Positions 40,765-50,247 are shown, numbered from the stretch's first letter. The stretch is 64,000 bases of DNA from Treponemataceae bacterium (GCA_963667725.2 CAXXHO010000005.1:160001-224000); one strand, 5' to 3'. Numbers and translations are program-made. The notes: generated from the letters alone by a model not told the origin.

Positions 40765-41764
40765 CAATATCGATGCTAAGGCAGCGGCAACCATTCAAGC
40801 GGGCGGTATGGATGCCTCAAAGAAGAGGGGGCAGTACTACAAAGAAATTTTAAAACGCTACGGCCTGCTCATCAGCTTCTTTGTGCTCTCGCTGGGGATA
40901 TCCCTGCTGACGCCCAACTTCCTCTCCTCCAGGAACCTGCTCAACATCCTCAGGCAGAGTACGATCGTCGGCATCATGGCCATAGGCACCACCTTCGTCA
41001 TCATCGGTGGCGGATTCGATATCTCGGTCGGATCGGTGCTTGCCTTGTCCGCGGCGTTGGCGCTCGGGCTCCAAGGCTCGATGCACTGGGCCTTGGCCGC
41101 CACGATCGCTATCCTCGCCGGCGCGCTGATAGGTCTCTTCAATGGTATTCTCGCCGCGAAGATTCACATCGTTCCCATGATTGCGACGTTGGGTACCTCC
41201 ACCATCGTACGCGGCCTCGTCTACCTCTATACCGGCGGCTACCCCATCAACGGTCAGCAGCCAGCCTTCGAGGTGATCGGCTCCGGCTATCTGTGGGGCA
41301 TCCCCGTACCCGTCATCATAATGATCGCGCTTGTCGTCATTTTTCAATTCATTCTCTCCAAGACGCAGCTCGGCCGCTACTGCTGCGCCGTCGGCGGCAA
41401 CAAGGAAGCGACGAGGCTCGCCGGCGTCTCCGTGGACTTCTACCACGTCATGACTTTCCTCATCGGCGGTCTCATGGCGGGCATCTCGGGCGTCGTCTAT
41501 GCGTCGCGGCTTTCGTCGGCCACGCCCCTAGCGGGGCAGAATTACGACATGGACGCCATCGCGGCGGTGGTCATCGGCGGCACATCGGTTTCAGGCGGCG
41601 AAGGCACGGTTCTCGGCGCCATGATAGGCGTCCTTCTTCTCACCGTCGTCACCAACGCCTTCAATCTCCTCGGCGTGCCGGTCTTCATCCAGTACGTCAT
41701 AAAGGGCCTGATCATCCTGGTCGTCGTGGGCATCGACTCCTACTCCAAGAAGAGGCCCCGCTAA
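40754..41764 (+). CDS. Sugar ABC transporter permease (RbsC-like)
   Basis: GGFDISVGS, AVGGNKEATRLAGV, AIAAVVIGGTSVSGGEG. Confidence 0.95.
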   Translation: MSGNNIDAKAAATIQAGGMDASKKRGQYYKEILKRYGLLISFFVLSLGISLLTPNFLSSRNLLNILRQSTIVGIMAIGTTFVIIGGGFDISVGSVLALSAALALGLQGSMHWALAATIAILAGALIGLFNGILAAKIHIVPMIATLGTSTIVRGLVYLYTGGYPINGQQPAFEVIGSGYLWGIPVPVIIMIALVVIFQFILSKTQLGRYCCAVGGNKEATRLAGVSVDFYHVMTFLIGGLMAGISGVVYASRLSSATPLAGQNYDMDAIAAVVIGGTSVSGGEGTVLGAMIGVLLLTVVTNAFNLLGVPVFIQYVIKGLIILVVVGIDSYSKKRPR

Positions 41765-41815
41765 GCGATTCGCCTTTGTCCTTTCGAGCCAAATGGTATA
41801 CACTGGCGGCACGGT

Positions 41816-43195
41816 ATGAAAACGAAGGTACTTATCGTCGACGACGAGCAGCCCATGAGGGCTTCGCTCGGCGAACTCTTGCAGAGTGAAGGCTACCAGA
41901 CGATGTTGGCGGACGGCGCATCTTCCGCGCTCGAACAGACCAGCGACGGCCATCCCGACATAGCCATCGTGGACGTGCGCATGCCGGGCCGCGGCGGCCT
42001 AGACCTCATCCAGGAGCTCCGCGATATATCCCCCAACCTCAGGATTTTCATGATGACAGGCTACCCGTCCGTGGAAACCGCGGTGTTGGCCATGAAATAC
42101 GGCGCAATGGACTTTTTCACCAAGCCGCTGGATTTCAGGAAGCTGCGTGACCAGCTGAATCAATGCAAAATGGCAGGCGCCAATCAGCAGCCGGAAACGC
42201 CCAATCATGCCGTCGGCGCCCTCTACGGAGAAAGCCTGGTCATTCGCGAACTGCGGGAATCGATCGAGCGCATCGCCCCCACGGAAGCCTCCGTCATCAT
42301 CACGGGCGAAAGCGGCACGGGAAAAGAATTAGTAGCCGAAGCCATACACAGCCAATCACTGCGTTCCGCCCATCCTTTCATGAAGATCAACTGCGCGGCG
42401 ATACCTGACACACTTCTCGAAAGCGAGCTGTTCGGCTATGAAAAAGGTGCCTTCACGGGCGCTCTTGCCCGAAAAGCGGGGCTTTTCGAAAGCGCCAGTC
42501 AGGGCAGCGTCTTCCTCGATGAAATCGGGGATATGGACATCCGCCTTCAGTCGAAACTCCTTCATATACTTCAGGGAGGGGAATTCCGCAGGTTGGGCGG
42601 CACAAAGGACCTCAACGCCAATACCCGGATCATATCGGCGACCAACCAGAACCTGCATACGCTCATCGAAAAAGGCATGTTCAGGGAAGACCTTTATTAC
42701 CGGCTCTCGGTGATATGCATCCAGACTCCCCCGCTTCGCGAGCATATAGAGGACATTCCCGCGCTCGCGAAACGCTTCGTCGCCGATTTTTCGCGTTCAT
42801 ACGGCAAGGAAGAACCCCTCATCGACGATGAGTTCCTGGCTATCCTCGAGGCGCAGCCCTGGCCCGGAAATGTCCGTGAGCTGAAAAACTGCATCGAGCG
42901 CGCCATCATCTTCTGTGACGGTCGCCATCTCGGCACTCGCCATCTTCCGCAGCAGTACAAGATGGGAATTGGCAGAAATGTGGTCGTTTCCTGTCTCGAT
43001 GAATCGAAGGAATCGGATGCATCCCGGAATTCGATGAGCGAGGCGCGGCAGGACCTGGAACGCAGCATGATTCTTGAAGCGCTCGACAAGGCAAAGGGAA
43101 ACAGGACGGAGGCCGCCAGGCTGCTTGGAATACCGCGACGAACCCTCTATAACAAGCTCGAAAGGCTTGGCATGGACGACGATGCAAGGTCTTGA
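41816..43195 (+). CDS. Sigma-54-dependent NtrC-family response regulator
   Basis: Receiver (VDDE, DVRMPG), AAA+ (GESGTGKE, GAFTGA, FLDEIG), WPGNVREL, Fis-type HTH. Confidence 0.95.
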   Translation: MKTKVLIVDDEQPMRASLGELLQSEGYQTMLADGASSALEQTSDGHPDIAIVDVRMPGRGGLDLIQELRDISPNLRIFMMTGYPSVETAVLAMKYGAMDFFTKPLDFRKLRDQLNQCKMAGANQQPETPNHAVGALYGESLVIRELRESIERIAPTEASVIITGESGTGKELVAEAIHSQSLRSAHPFMKINCAAIPDTLLESELFGYEKGAFTGALARKAGLFESASQGSVFLDEIGDMDIRLQSKLLHILQGGEFRRLGGTKDLNANTRIISATNQNLHTLIEKGMFREDLYYRLSVICIQTPPLREHIEDIPALAKRFVADFSRSYGKEEPLIDDEFLAILEAQPWPGNVRELKNCIERAIIFCDGRHLGTRHLPQQYKMGIGRNVVVSCLDESKESDASRNSMSEARQDLERSMILEALDKAKGNRTEAARLLGIPRRTLYNKLERLGMDDDARS

Positions 43196-45056
43196 GCTCC
43201 GTGGCGTCACGGCTTCCTACAGGGAGACGATAGCCCTCGATGAGTTCAGCCTGATAGCGGCGAGCGGCGAAGTGCATGCCATCATCGGGGAACGCAGGGC
43301 GGGAAAATCATGTATCGTTTCCCTCCTCGAAGGAAAGATGACCCTCAATAAAGGCAAGATTCTCATCGATGGCATCCCCCTGGCGAAACGCAATCCAAAG
43401 ATTATGGCCCAGGCTGGTATTGGCGTTTTCCATCAAACGCAAAACATCATTCCCACACTTTTGCCCTGGGAAAACATCATGGCCGGGAGGATGCCCATCG
43501 GTTTTTCATCGGGCAACAAGCGCGATGAAACTGAGGCCTTTATCCTGACGCTCTGCGAAAAGTGGAGTCTCCGTCCAGATCTGCGCCTGCCTATGCATCG
43601 ACTGACGAGAATAGAATCCACCGTTATCGAGCTTGGGCGAGCCTTGGCGTTCAATCCAAGGATCCTTATCCTGGATGAGCCTTCCGGTCGCTTTACCGCC
43701 GATGAGATGCAGGTCCTCTATTCCGTGCTGGCGGAAAGGCGGAGCGGCAATGAGGCAGTTCTCTATGCGGCCTCCAATGTCGACGAGGTGCTGAGGATCG
43801 CCGATATCATCTCGATTATAAAAGCGGGGAAAATTGTGGAAACCCAGCCGGCAAGAAGCCTGGACCGAGAGGACATTGTCGATCTCGCCTATTCTTTCAA
43901 CGAGTCGAGGGAAGAGCTGTTCAGCAAGAACATTCGCCTGTTGAAATACAAGAAGTACAATGAGGAAATAGTCTCCAATCTCCCGCTGGGAACGGTCTTT
44001 TTCGACGGGGAAGGCGAAATATACCTTTCCAATCAATCAGCCTGCGACATTATCTGCACGGATCCAAAAACGTTGATTCCCGCGTCAAAGGCGGGAGAAC
44101 CTGCTGCGGCGATTCCACTTACCGCCTTGGCGCTGCGGAATGGTTTCGGCGATAAACGACTGGCGCTGATCATGGATTCCATAAGATCGGGAGTATCGGC
44201 GAAATGGAAACAGTGGCCGACGGCAAACGGCAGATTCGTCAACGTGATGACCTACCCCTTCCACGATAGTTTGAAGCAGCTATTCGGAACCATCCTCGTA
44301 CTTCAGGACGTAACGGAAGAGAGGGCGACGCGGGACTATCTGGCAAGCCTTGACCGAACTTCGTCCATCGCCCAGCTGGCGACGGGCATAGTTCACGAAG
44401 TGAACAATCCTCTCGGCATCATTTCCAACTATGTGGAACTCCTGCTCATGAAGACAAACGACGAGTATGCTCGTGAAAGGCTCGAAATTATCCGAAATGA
44501 AATAAAGCGAATTCATGGAAGCATGCTCAATCTCCTGTCCTTTTCGAGCGTCGATTCGTCAGCATTGAGCCCGCATGACATCAACGCGGTCATCAAGGAT
44601 TCGCTTGTCCTGCTTGAATACGAAGCGGAACGTCTCGGCATCAGCCTGGAAGCTGATATACCTAGCGAACCGGTGATGCTGCGCATAGATCCCGCCAGAA
44701 TCAAACAAGTCCTGATCAATCTCCTCATGAATGCGCTCGATGTTGCGGGACGATGTGGTTCCATAGTAGTCCGACTTCGAAAGCAGGCCGATAATAGCGC
44801 CCTCCTGCAGGTACAGGACAGCGGCCCCGGCATCCCGCCCGCCAAGATCGCCAGTCTTTTCACGCCCTTCCTGAGCGAAAAAAGCGGAAGCGGACATGCC
44901 GGACTTGGTCTTTCAATCTGCAAGCATATAACGGAAGTCCATGGCGGCAGGATTTGGTGCGAAAGCGAACCGGGCAATACCGTCTTTTTCATTGAACTAC
45001 CCTGCGAGGGACCAATGCAGGTAAAAGGACCGCATTATGCGCAGACCGCGAATTAA
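43182..45056 (+). CDS. Fusion of a degenerate sugar-ABC ATPase domain, PAS-like domain and histidine kinase
   Basis: GEVHAIIGERRAGKS, ILILDEPS; then IVSNLPLGTVFFD (PAS-like), HEVNNPL, INLLMNA, DSGPGIP, GLGLSIC. Confidence 0.85.
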   Translation: MQGLELRGVTASYRETIALDEFSLIAASGEVHAIIGERRAGKSCIVSLLEGKMTLNKGKILIDGIPLAKRNPKIMAQAGIGVFHQTQNIIPTLLPWENIMAGRMPIGFSSGNKRDETEAFILTLCEKWSLRPDLRLPMHRLTRIESTVIELGRALAFNPRILILDEPSGRFTADEMQVLYSVLAERRSGNEAVLYAASNVDEVLRIADIISIIKAGKIVETQPARSLDREDIVDLAYSFNESREELFSKNIRLLKYKKYNEEIVSNLPLGTVFFDGEGEIYLSNQSACDIICTDPKTLIPASKAGEPAAAIPLTALALRNGFGDKRLALIMDSIRSGVSAKWKQWPTANGRFVNVMTYPFHDSLKQLFGTILVLQDVTEERATRDYLASLDRTSSIAQLATGIVHEVNNPLGIISNYVELLLMKTNDEYARERLEIIRNEIKRIHGSMLNLLSFSSVDSSALSPHDINAVIKDSLVLLEYEAERLGISLEADIPSEPVMLRIDPARIKQVLINLLMNALDVAGRCGSIVVRLRKQADNSALLQVQDSGPGIPPAKIASLFTPFLSEKSGSGHAGLGLSICKHITEVHGGRIWCESEPGNTVFFIELPCEGPMQVKGPHYAQTAN

Positions 45057-45852
45057 GCAGACGGCGCTGGATCGCATCCCCTGGTGGCTCGTCGCCATCG
45101 TAGGCCTAGGGGGCTGGCTCCTCGCGTCCGCCATGGCCACGGCCGATTATCGCGTCATATTCGGCGCCGTATCCCGCGGCCTCGGCGTCACGCTGATGGT
45201 ATCGCTCATCGCGTATGCCGCATCGATACTGTTCGGTCTAGGGCTGGGGCTTCTGCGCGCTTCGCGGCTTCGCGCCGCACGCGAAGCCGCGACCTTCTAC
45301 ATCGAGCTGGTACGCGGCCTTCCAATGCTCGTCATTCTGTACTACATAGCATTCGTTGGCGCTCCCGCCCTAGCTCAAGCGCTCAACGTCATCCTGACCC
45401 CACTCATCGCGACGGGGCTCATCGGCCGCGTCGAAGCGCGCAGCTTCGATTTCGCCACGCGCGCCGTCCTGGCCCTCACCCTCGGCTACTCGGCTTTCAT
45501 CGCGGAAATCTTCCGCGCGGGCATAGAGAGCGTGGACAAAGGCCAGGTCGAAGCCGCCGAAGCCCTCGGGATGTCACATCTTCAGGTGATGTGCCGCATC
45601 GTTCTGCCCCAAGCCATCAAGAATGTCCTGCCCGCCCTCGGCAACGAATTCGTCGCCATCATCAAGGATTCCTCCCTGGTCTCGGCCCTCGGCGTCCAGG
45701 ATATCACCCAGCTGGGCAAGGTCTATGCCGCGTCCACTTTCAAATTTTTCGAGACTTACAACGCCGTCGCGTTCTTCTACCTCTGCCTCACGCTCAGCCT
45801 ATCCCTTCTCGTGCGAGCCCTTGAAGCTCGCCTGAAAACGGGAAAACGCTGA
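45037..45852 (+). CDS. Polar amino acid ABC transporter permease
   Basis: YIELVRGLPMLV, AEIFRAGIESVDKGQVEAAEALG (EAA loop), IIKDSSL. Confidence 0.93.
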   Translation: MRRPRIKQTALDRIPWWLVAIVGLGGWLLASAMATADYRVIFGAVSRGLGVTLMVSLIAYAASILFGLGLGLLRASRLRAAREAATFYIELVRGLPMLVILYYIAFVGAPALAQALNVILTPLIATGLIGRVEARSFDFATRAVLALTLGYSAFIAEIFRAGIESVDKGQVEAAEALGMSHLQVMCRIVLPQAIKNVLPALGNEFVAIIKDSSLVSALGVQDITQLGKVYAASTFKFFETYNAVAFFYLCLTLSLSLLVRALEARLKTGKR

Positions 45853-45956
45853 GAAAATAATACGAATAATCCAGGTAAATATAAATGCAGGTTTCATGCT
45901 ATTATGCGTTCAGTAAAAGACCCGGTATACCGTGAGGCATGAAACCCGCGAACGAA

Positions 45957-46322
45957 TTATTGTTTTCTATAAAAGACATACTCAGAGGCTTGCCATCTAT
46001 ATTCTTCCGAAAAATACATCTCTGTGATGATATCTCCATCCAGATGGAGCATTGTCGTATCCCATCCAGGTCCCTTGCCCCATTCAATAAACAATGCTTC
46101 TTTTCCATCGCCGCTAAAATATAGCTCATGCTTTAAATGAACAAATTCGATGATATAATACAACTCACCTTCTTTTATAATTCTAATGCTGTTTGAATTG
46201 TCCTTAAGTTTCCACGTCCCCAAGAAATCATCCCTACCTTTCGCTTCAGTGAAGGAGACTACTAAAAGAACAAGGGTAATAGCTAATACGTACTTCTTTA
46301 GCATTCTAAACACTCCCATCAT
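45957..46322 (-). CDS. Small exported protein, candidate immunity protein
   Basis: TAATG coupling to the upstream gene (alternative start 46304); signal peptide MLKKYVLAITLVLLVVSFTEA; AT-rich. Confidence 0.65.
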   Translation of the reverse strand: MMGVFRMLKKYVLAITLVLLVVSFTEAKGRDDFLGTWKLKDNSNSIRIIKEGELYYIIEFVHLKHELYFSGDGKEALFIEWGKGPGWDTTMLHLDGDIITEMYFSEEYRWQASEYVFYRKQ

Positions 46323-46915
46323 TAACGATCAAAATCCCAAAAACGTGATCTATTTCCCCAACAAGCGTTTCTAGAATTTCTATACTGATAGCCCCGTGAT
46401 CCTTCCCACTTTTCTGTTGTCGGAGTTCTTCTATTCAATCCTTGATGGTATAAATCAGCAGAACCATCAGCCTTCACCCTCACAAGGGCAACATGACCAT
46501 CATCGATTATTTCGATGCTCCACCCCAGAGGTGGTTGATCCAACAATTGGTCAGATAAAATTTTCACATGCCCCGCCACGCTAGTTGAGGAAGCGGAACC
46601 CCACTGATTTGAAATGTCAGTTCCCGCCTGTTTCAAAACCGTTTCCACCCAAATGTCACAATCATTGACCCCTTCCTTGTACCTCTGGCCTTTGTTGTTG
46701 AGGCACTTGTCCTCGATGGGATCGTATTCCGGGTCGTGACAGCATCGGGGCAAACCGCCGAATATCTCGTTCATCTCCAAGGTTCCCAGGGGCAAACCAT
46801 CCAGGTCGATGACCGCCGTCAGCTCTCCGGTTAGGTCTTCGGCGGAGACCTCCAAACCGGACAGCCCGAAGAAAAACACCGCGATTAGGAGAACACAGCA
46901 GAATTTTTTCTCCAT
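46322..46915 (-). CDS. Sec-signal + double-glycine-leader + NlpC/P60-like domain protein (candidate cell-wall toxin)
   Basis: GGAGGTG RBS; signal peptide ending EVSA; LGTLEMNEIFGG; GQRYKEGVNDC(86)DIWV, GH(141)VALV, LYH(157). Confidence 0.7.
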   Translation of the reverse strand: MEKKFCCVLLIAVFFFGLSGLEVSAEDLTGELTAVIDLDGLPLGTLEMNEIFGGLPRCCHDPEYDPIEDKCLNNKGQRYKEGVNDCDIWVETVLKQAGTDISNQWGSASSTSVAGHVKILSDQLLDQPPLGWSIEIIDDGHVALVRVKADGSADLYHQGLNRRTPTTEKWEGSRGYQYRNSRNACWGNRSRFWDFDR

Positions 46916-47012
46916 CTTCACCTCCAGAAAAGATTTTTTCAAAAACCGGAAGCAACGCTTCATCTTCTACACGTGTATGCCATGAAGGTCCGCTTCAAAA
47001 GGAGGTGATGTT

Positions 47013-47609
47013 TTGTTCGTAAAGCTCGCGATTTTTCTTCTCGCATTTTCTGAAACCATCGACAAGGAATCTCTGCGCTTCGCCTATAGCACCGAACAAG
47101 GATATGACAGCTCCTGCGGCCTGACGACGCTCACCTGCCTCATGGACAGATTTTGGGGAGTTCCGGCCGATGAAACAGCCCTCGCCAAAGAATTCTTAGC
47201 CGACAAGTGGGCAACAGGAGACCTGACCGTGACTTTCGCCGAAATGGCTCGGATCCTGGAAGCAAAAGGGTTCGCGTGGAAAGCCTACAAGATGAATTTC
47301 AGGCAGCTGGAAGCGGCTACCGCCAGCTATGCGCCAGTCATCGTTCACTACGATAGACCGGAAGGACACTTTGCCCTTGTCCTCTCGCTGGACAACGGAG
47401 CGATAACCATCTCCGATCCGGCCGAGGGTACGATCGCTCTTGAGCAAGCCCGTTTCGAGTCGAGGTGGTCAGGCGCCGTGCTGGTCGCGGTCCATCCAAA
47501 GGGAGGATTGAATGAGACGCTTCTCGATCAGGCAAGCCGCAATGTTTATGGAAGAAAGATGCTGCTCGAAAGAGCGGCCCGCCGCGGGGCGGGATTCTCC
47601 TCACCATAA
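47013..47609 (+). CDS. Stand-alone C39-family cysteine peptidase (FapD-like)
   Basis: GGAGGTG RBS; QGYDSSCG, GHFALV, ISDPAEG (Cys-His-Asp), FESRWSG; no ABC domain. Confidence 0.88.
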   Translation: MFVKLAIFLLAFSETIDKESLRFAYSTEQGYDSSCGLTTLTCLMDRFWGVPADETALAKEFLADKWATGDLTVTFAEMARILEAKGFAWKAYKMNFRQLEAATASYAPVIVHYDRPEGHFALVLSLDNGAITISDPAEGTIALEQARFESRWSGAVLVAVHPKGGLNETLLDQASRNVYGRKMLLERAARRGAGFSSP

Positions 47610-47613
47610 AACC

Positions 47614-48447
47614 TTGACGGGAAGGATCGCCGTCGCCTGCGTTCTCCTGTTGATCGCTTTACGTGTTGGAGCGCAAGCCGCGACCCATCAGCGGATCGGT
47701 GTCGAAGGAACCGCCCCCCTCATGTTGGTGGCGGGCATATCCGTCGAGACCGTCGGGATCGAAAACAAAGGAGGGACGGCTCTGGAAATCGACCCATCTT
47801 TCATTTTCGAGGCGCTCTATGGACAACGTTTCGGGCTTTCGGTTGAGGTCCCTATCGCGTTGAAGCTGGCGCTGGGCAGAAGCATCTCGCCTCGAATCGC
47901 CGCGGCGGCCGGCGACCCCGGCTTTAGCCTTTCGTATACATTTCGCGTCGATGACTGGCGGCTCGGAGTCGAACTCTCCTACAGCCATCCCCTGGGAATA
48001 TGGAACTCCTACGAAGCGGATGAGATGAACATCATGTCGGGATCAGGATATCGAAAAATCGGCGTTTCCTGTTCCTCCGTGCGCTATATGGATCCGCTCA
48101 TCGCGGGAGTCGCGATCAGCGCCGACAGCTATTTCGACAGGAAGGAACGCTACGGAAGCGGATGTCGGCCTCTCGTCCTCACGGCAAGCCTCTACGCCAC
48201 TGAGGCGCTCAACAATATCGTGGCACTTACGGGCGGACTCTCGCAGCGGCTTGCCTGGCCGCTGCGCTCGGATGAATCGCCGGCGGAAACCGGTCTGTCC
48301 TATTCGCTTTCCGGCAGGATGTCTATCGTATTCACGGAAGGAAGACGAACGACGAGCCTCGGCATATCGAAGCTTTTAAGCGCAGCTTCGTCGCCCATCG
48401 TATTCGCCGTGGGATTTATGTTCAGACTAAGCGCGAAGGAGGGTTGA
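47614..48447 (+). CDS. Outer-membrane beta-barrel transporter (FapF-like)
   Basis: Signal peptide from probable TTG at 47614; alternating strands; AGDPGFSLSYTF, HPLG...GSGY...VRYMDPLI. Confidence 0.6.
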   Translation: MTGRIAVACVLLLIALRVGAQAATHQRIGVEGTAPLMLVAGISVETVGIENKGGTALEIDPSFIFEALYGQRFGLSVEVPIALKLALGRSISPRIAAAAGDPGFSLSYTFRVDDWRLGVELSYSHPLGIWNSYEADEMNIMSGSGYRKIGVSCSSVRYMDPLIAGVAISADSYFDRKERYGSGCRPLVLTASLYATEALNNIVALTGGLSQRLAWPLRSDESPAETGLSYSLSGRMSIVFTEGRRTTSLGISKLLSAASSPIVFAVGFMFRLSAKEG

Positions 48448-48450
48448 ATA

Positions 48451-48900
48451 ATGCGATACTTCAGGCACAAGAGCAGAAATGACGGAACCGAAAACGGCAA
48501 CGTTCGGAAAGACAGTCACCGCATCTCCGCGACTGCCGCGATTCACGCTTCACTCGCCCTCTGTACCGCGCTTGCTATAGCGGCCTGCCATGTCGATTCA
48601 GCGTCCTGGTATCCTTCCGGCAAGGCGACGGTGGCTGCTTTCTATGAGTACGTTTCCTCTGGCGAAAAAGCCTGCGTAGCGACGATTGAAGTCGCCAACA
48701 CCGGAAAATCAACAATCAATTCGTGTACCCTATCGGTATCGGCCACGACGGATGCCCGGACATACCATCAGACGATCATTAGGGAAATAATGATTCTCCC
48801 AGAGAAACGCGTCTACCTCACCGTGGAGATAACGTATGTGTCGGAGACCGAAACACTCGGAGAATCGGGCTTGGGCATAGTGGACGAGTATTATCTCTGA
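48451..48900 (+). CDS. Putative lipoprotein with a beta-sandwich-like domain
   Basis: Hydrophobic stretch ending LAIAAC; IEVANTG; start codon uncertain. Confidence 0.6.
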   Translation: MRYFRHKSRNDGTENGNVRKDSHRISATAAIHASLALCTALAIAACHVDSASWYPSGKATVAAFYEYVSSGEKACVATIEVANTGKSTINSCTLSVSATTDARTYHQTIIREIMILPEKRVYLTVEITYVSETETLGESGLGIVDEYYL

Positions 48901-48984
48901 CATAGAAACCGATACAAAAGGGCTGCCAGCAATCATTCCCTGGACAGCCCGCCTATGTCTGTCAGTAAATCCGTCAGGCCGCGG

Positions 48985-50247
48985 CTAAAGAATCCACATC
49001 ACCGAGGCCGGCACATACGTGATGATCATCAAGACCAGGATCATCGCGCCCAGGAAGGGCCAGGTTTCCTTGATCGTATCCTTGAGGTCGGCCTTCAGCA
49101 CGCGCGACGCCGTGAAGAGCGTCAGCCCGAAAGGAGGTGTGAGCATGCCGATAGCGAGGTTGGTCGTCAGAATGATGCCGAAATGCACGAGGTCGATCTG
49201 CAGCACTTCGAGTATGGGAAGCAGGAGGGGCACGAGGATGATCTGTATCGAGCCCGATTCCATGAACATGCCTGCTATCAGGACGATTATATTGACGACA
49301 AATAGAAGCGTGTACTTGTTCATGCCCAAGGAGAGTACGGCCTCGAAAGCTTTCTGGGGAATCTGCATGTAAACCATGGTCCAGGCGAATAGGGAGGCTG
49401 CCGCCACGATGATCATGATGCCCGCCGAACTGATAGCCGACTGGAGGAAGATGCCGGGCAACTCCTTCAGCTTTATTTCCTTGAACACGAAAACGCCGAT
49501 TATTATTGAATAGATGACGGCCGCGACCGCGGATTCGGTGGGGGTGAAGACGCCGAGGAATACGCCGCCCACGATGATGACGGGCGTGCCGAGGGCGACA
49601 AGGGTGTCGATCACGACTTCCTTCACTGACTTGGTGCCTAAGCCTTTGGATTCGCGCGGGATCCTGTGTTTTTTCGCGGTGAAAAAGGTGACGATCATCA
49701 AGGCGCCGCCGACCATGACTCCGGCCGGAAATCCGACTCTATAGAGCTGGCCTACAGAAGCCTTGGAGAGGGTTCCGTAGATGATAAAGGCTATGCTCGG
49801 GGGGATTATGATGCCTATCGGGCTCGCCGAACCCACGATGGCCGACGCGTAGGCGGGTTTGTATCCGTGGTCCTTGAAGCCCGAAATCATGACGCCGCCT
49901 ATGGCGGCCGCCGTGGCGATGCCAGAGCCCGAGATGGCGGCGAAGAGCATGCAGGCAAGGATGGCCGTCATGCCCATGCCTCCCGTCACCTTCGATACGA
50001 AGAGGCCCGCGAAACCGATGAGGCGCTTCGCCAGGCCGCCTTTGTTCATGAGGTCGCCGGCGAGGATGAAGAAGGGAATGGCAAGCAAAGCCGCGGAATC
50101 GATGCTCGCGAAAAAGCGCTGTACCGCCGTTGTGGCATTGATGCCCGAAGCGAAAATGGTGACGAGGGCCGAGCCGCCCATGGCCGTGACGATGGGAGCG
50201 CCCACAGCGAGAAGCATGAGGACGGAACCGAAGAGCAGCAGGGTCAT
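48985..50247 (-). CDS. dctM: TRAP transporter large permease
   Basis: LAIPFFILAG, FAAISGS, IIPPSI, TPTES, GMLTPPFG. Confidence 0.95.
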   Translation of the reverse strand: MTLLLFGSVLMLLAVGAPIVTAMGGSALVTIFASGINATTAVQRFFASIDSAALLAIPFFILAGDLMNKGGLAKRLIGFAGLFVSKVTGGMGMTAILACMLFAAISGSGIATAAAIGGVMISGFKDHGYKPAYASAIVGSASPIGIIIPPSIAFIIYGTLSKASVGQLYRVGFPAGVMVGGALMIVTFFTAKKHRIPRESKGLGTKSVKEVVIDTLVALGTPVIIVGGVFLGVFTPTESAVAAVIYSIIIGVFVFKEIKLKELPGIFLQSAISSAGIMIIVAAASLFAWTMVYMQIPQKAFEAVLSLGMNKYTLLFVVNIIVLIAGMFMESGSIQIILVPLLLPILEVLQIDLVHFGIILTTNLAIGMLTPPFGLTLFTASRVLKADLKDTIKETWPFLGAMILVLMIITYVPASVMWIL

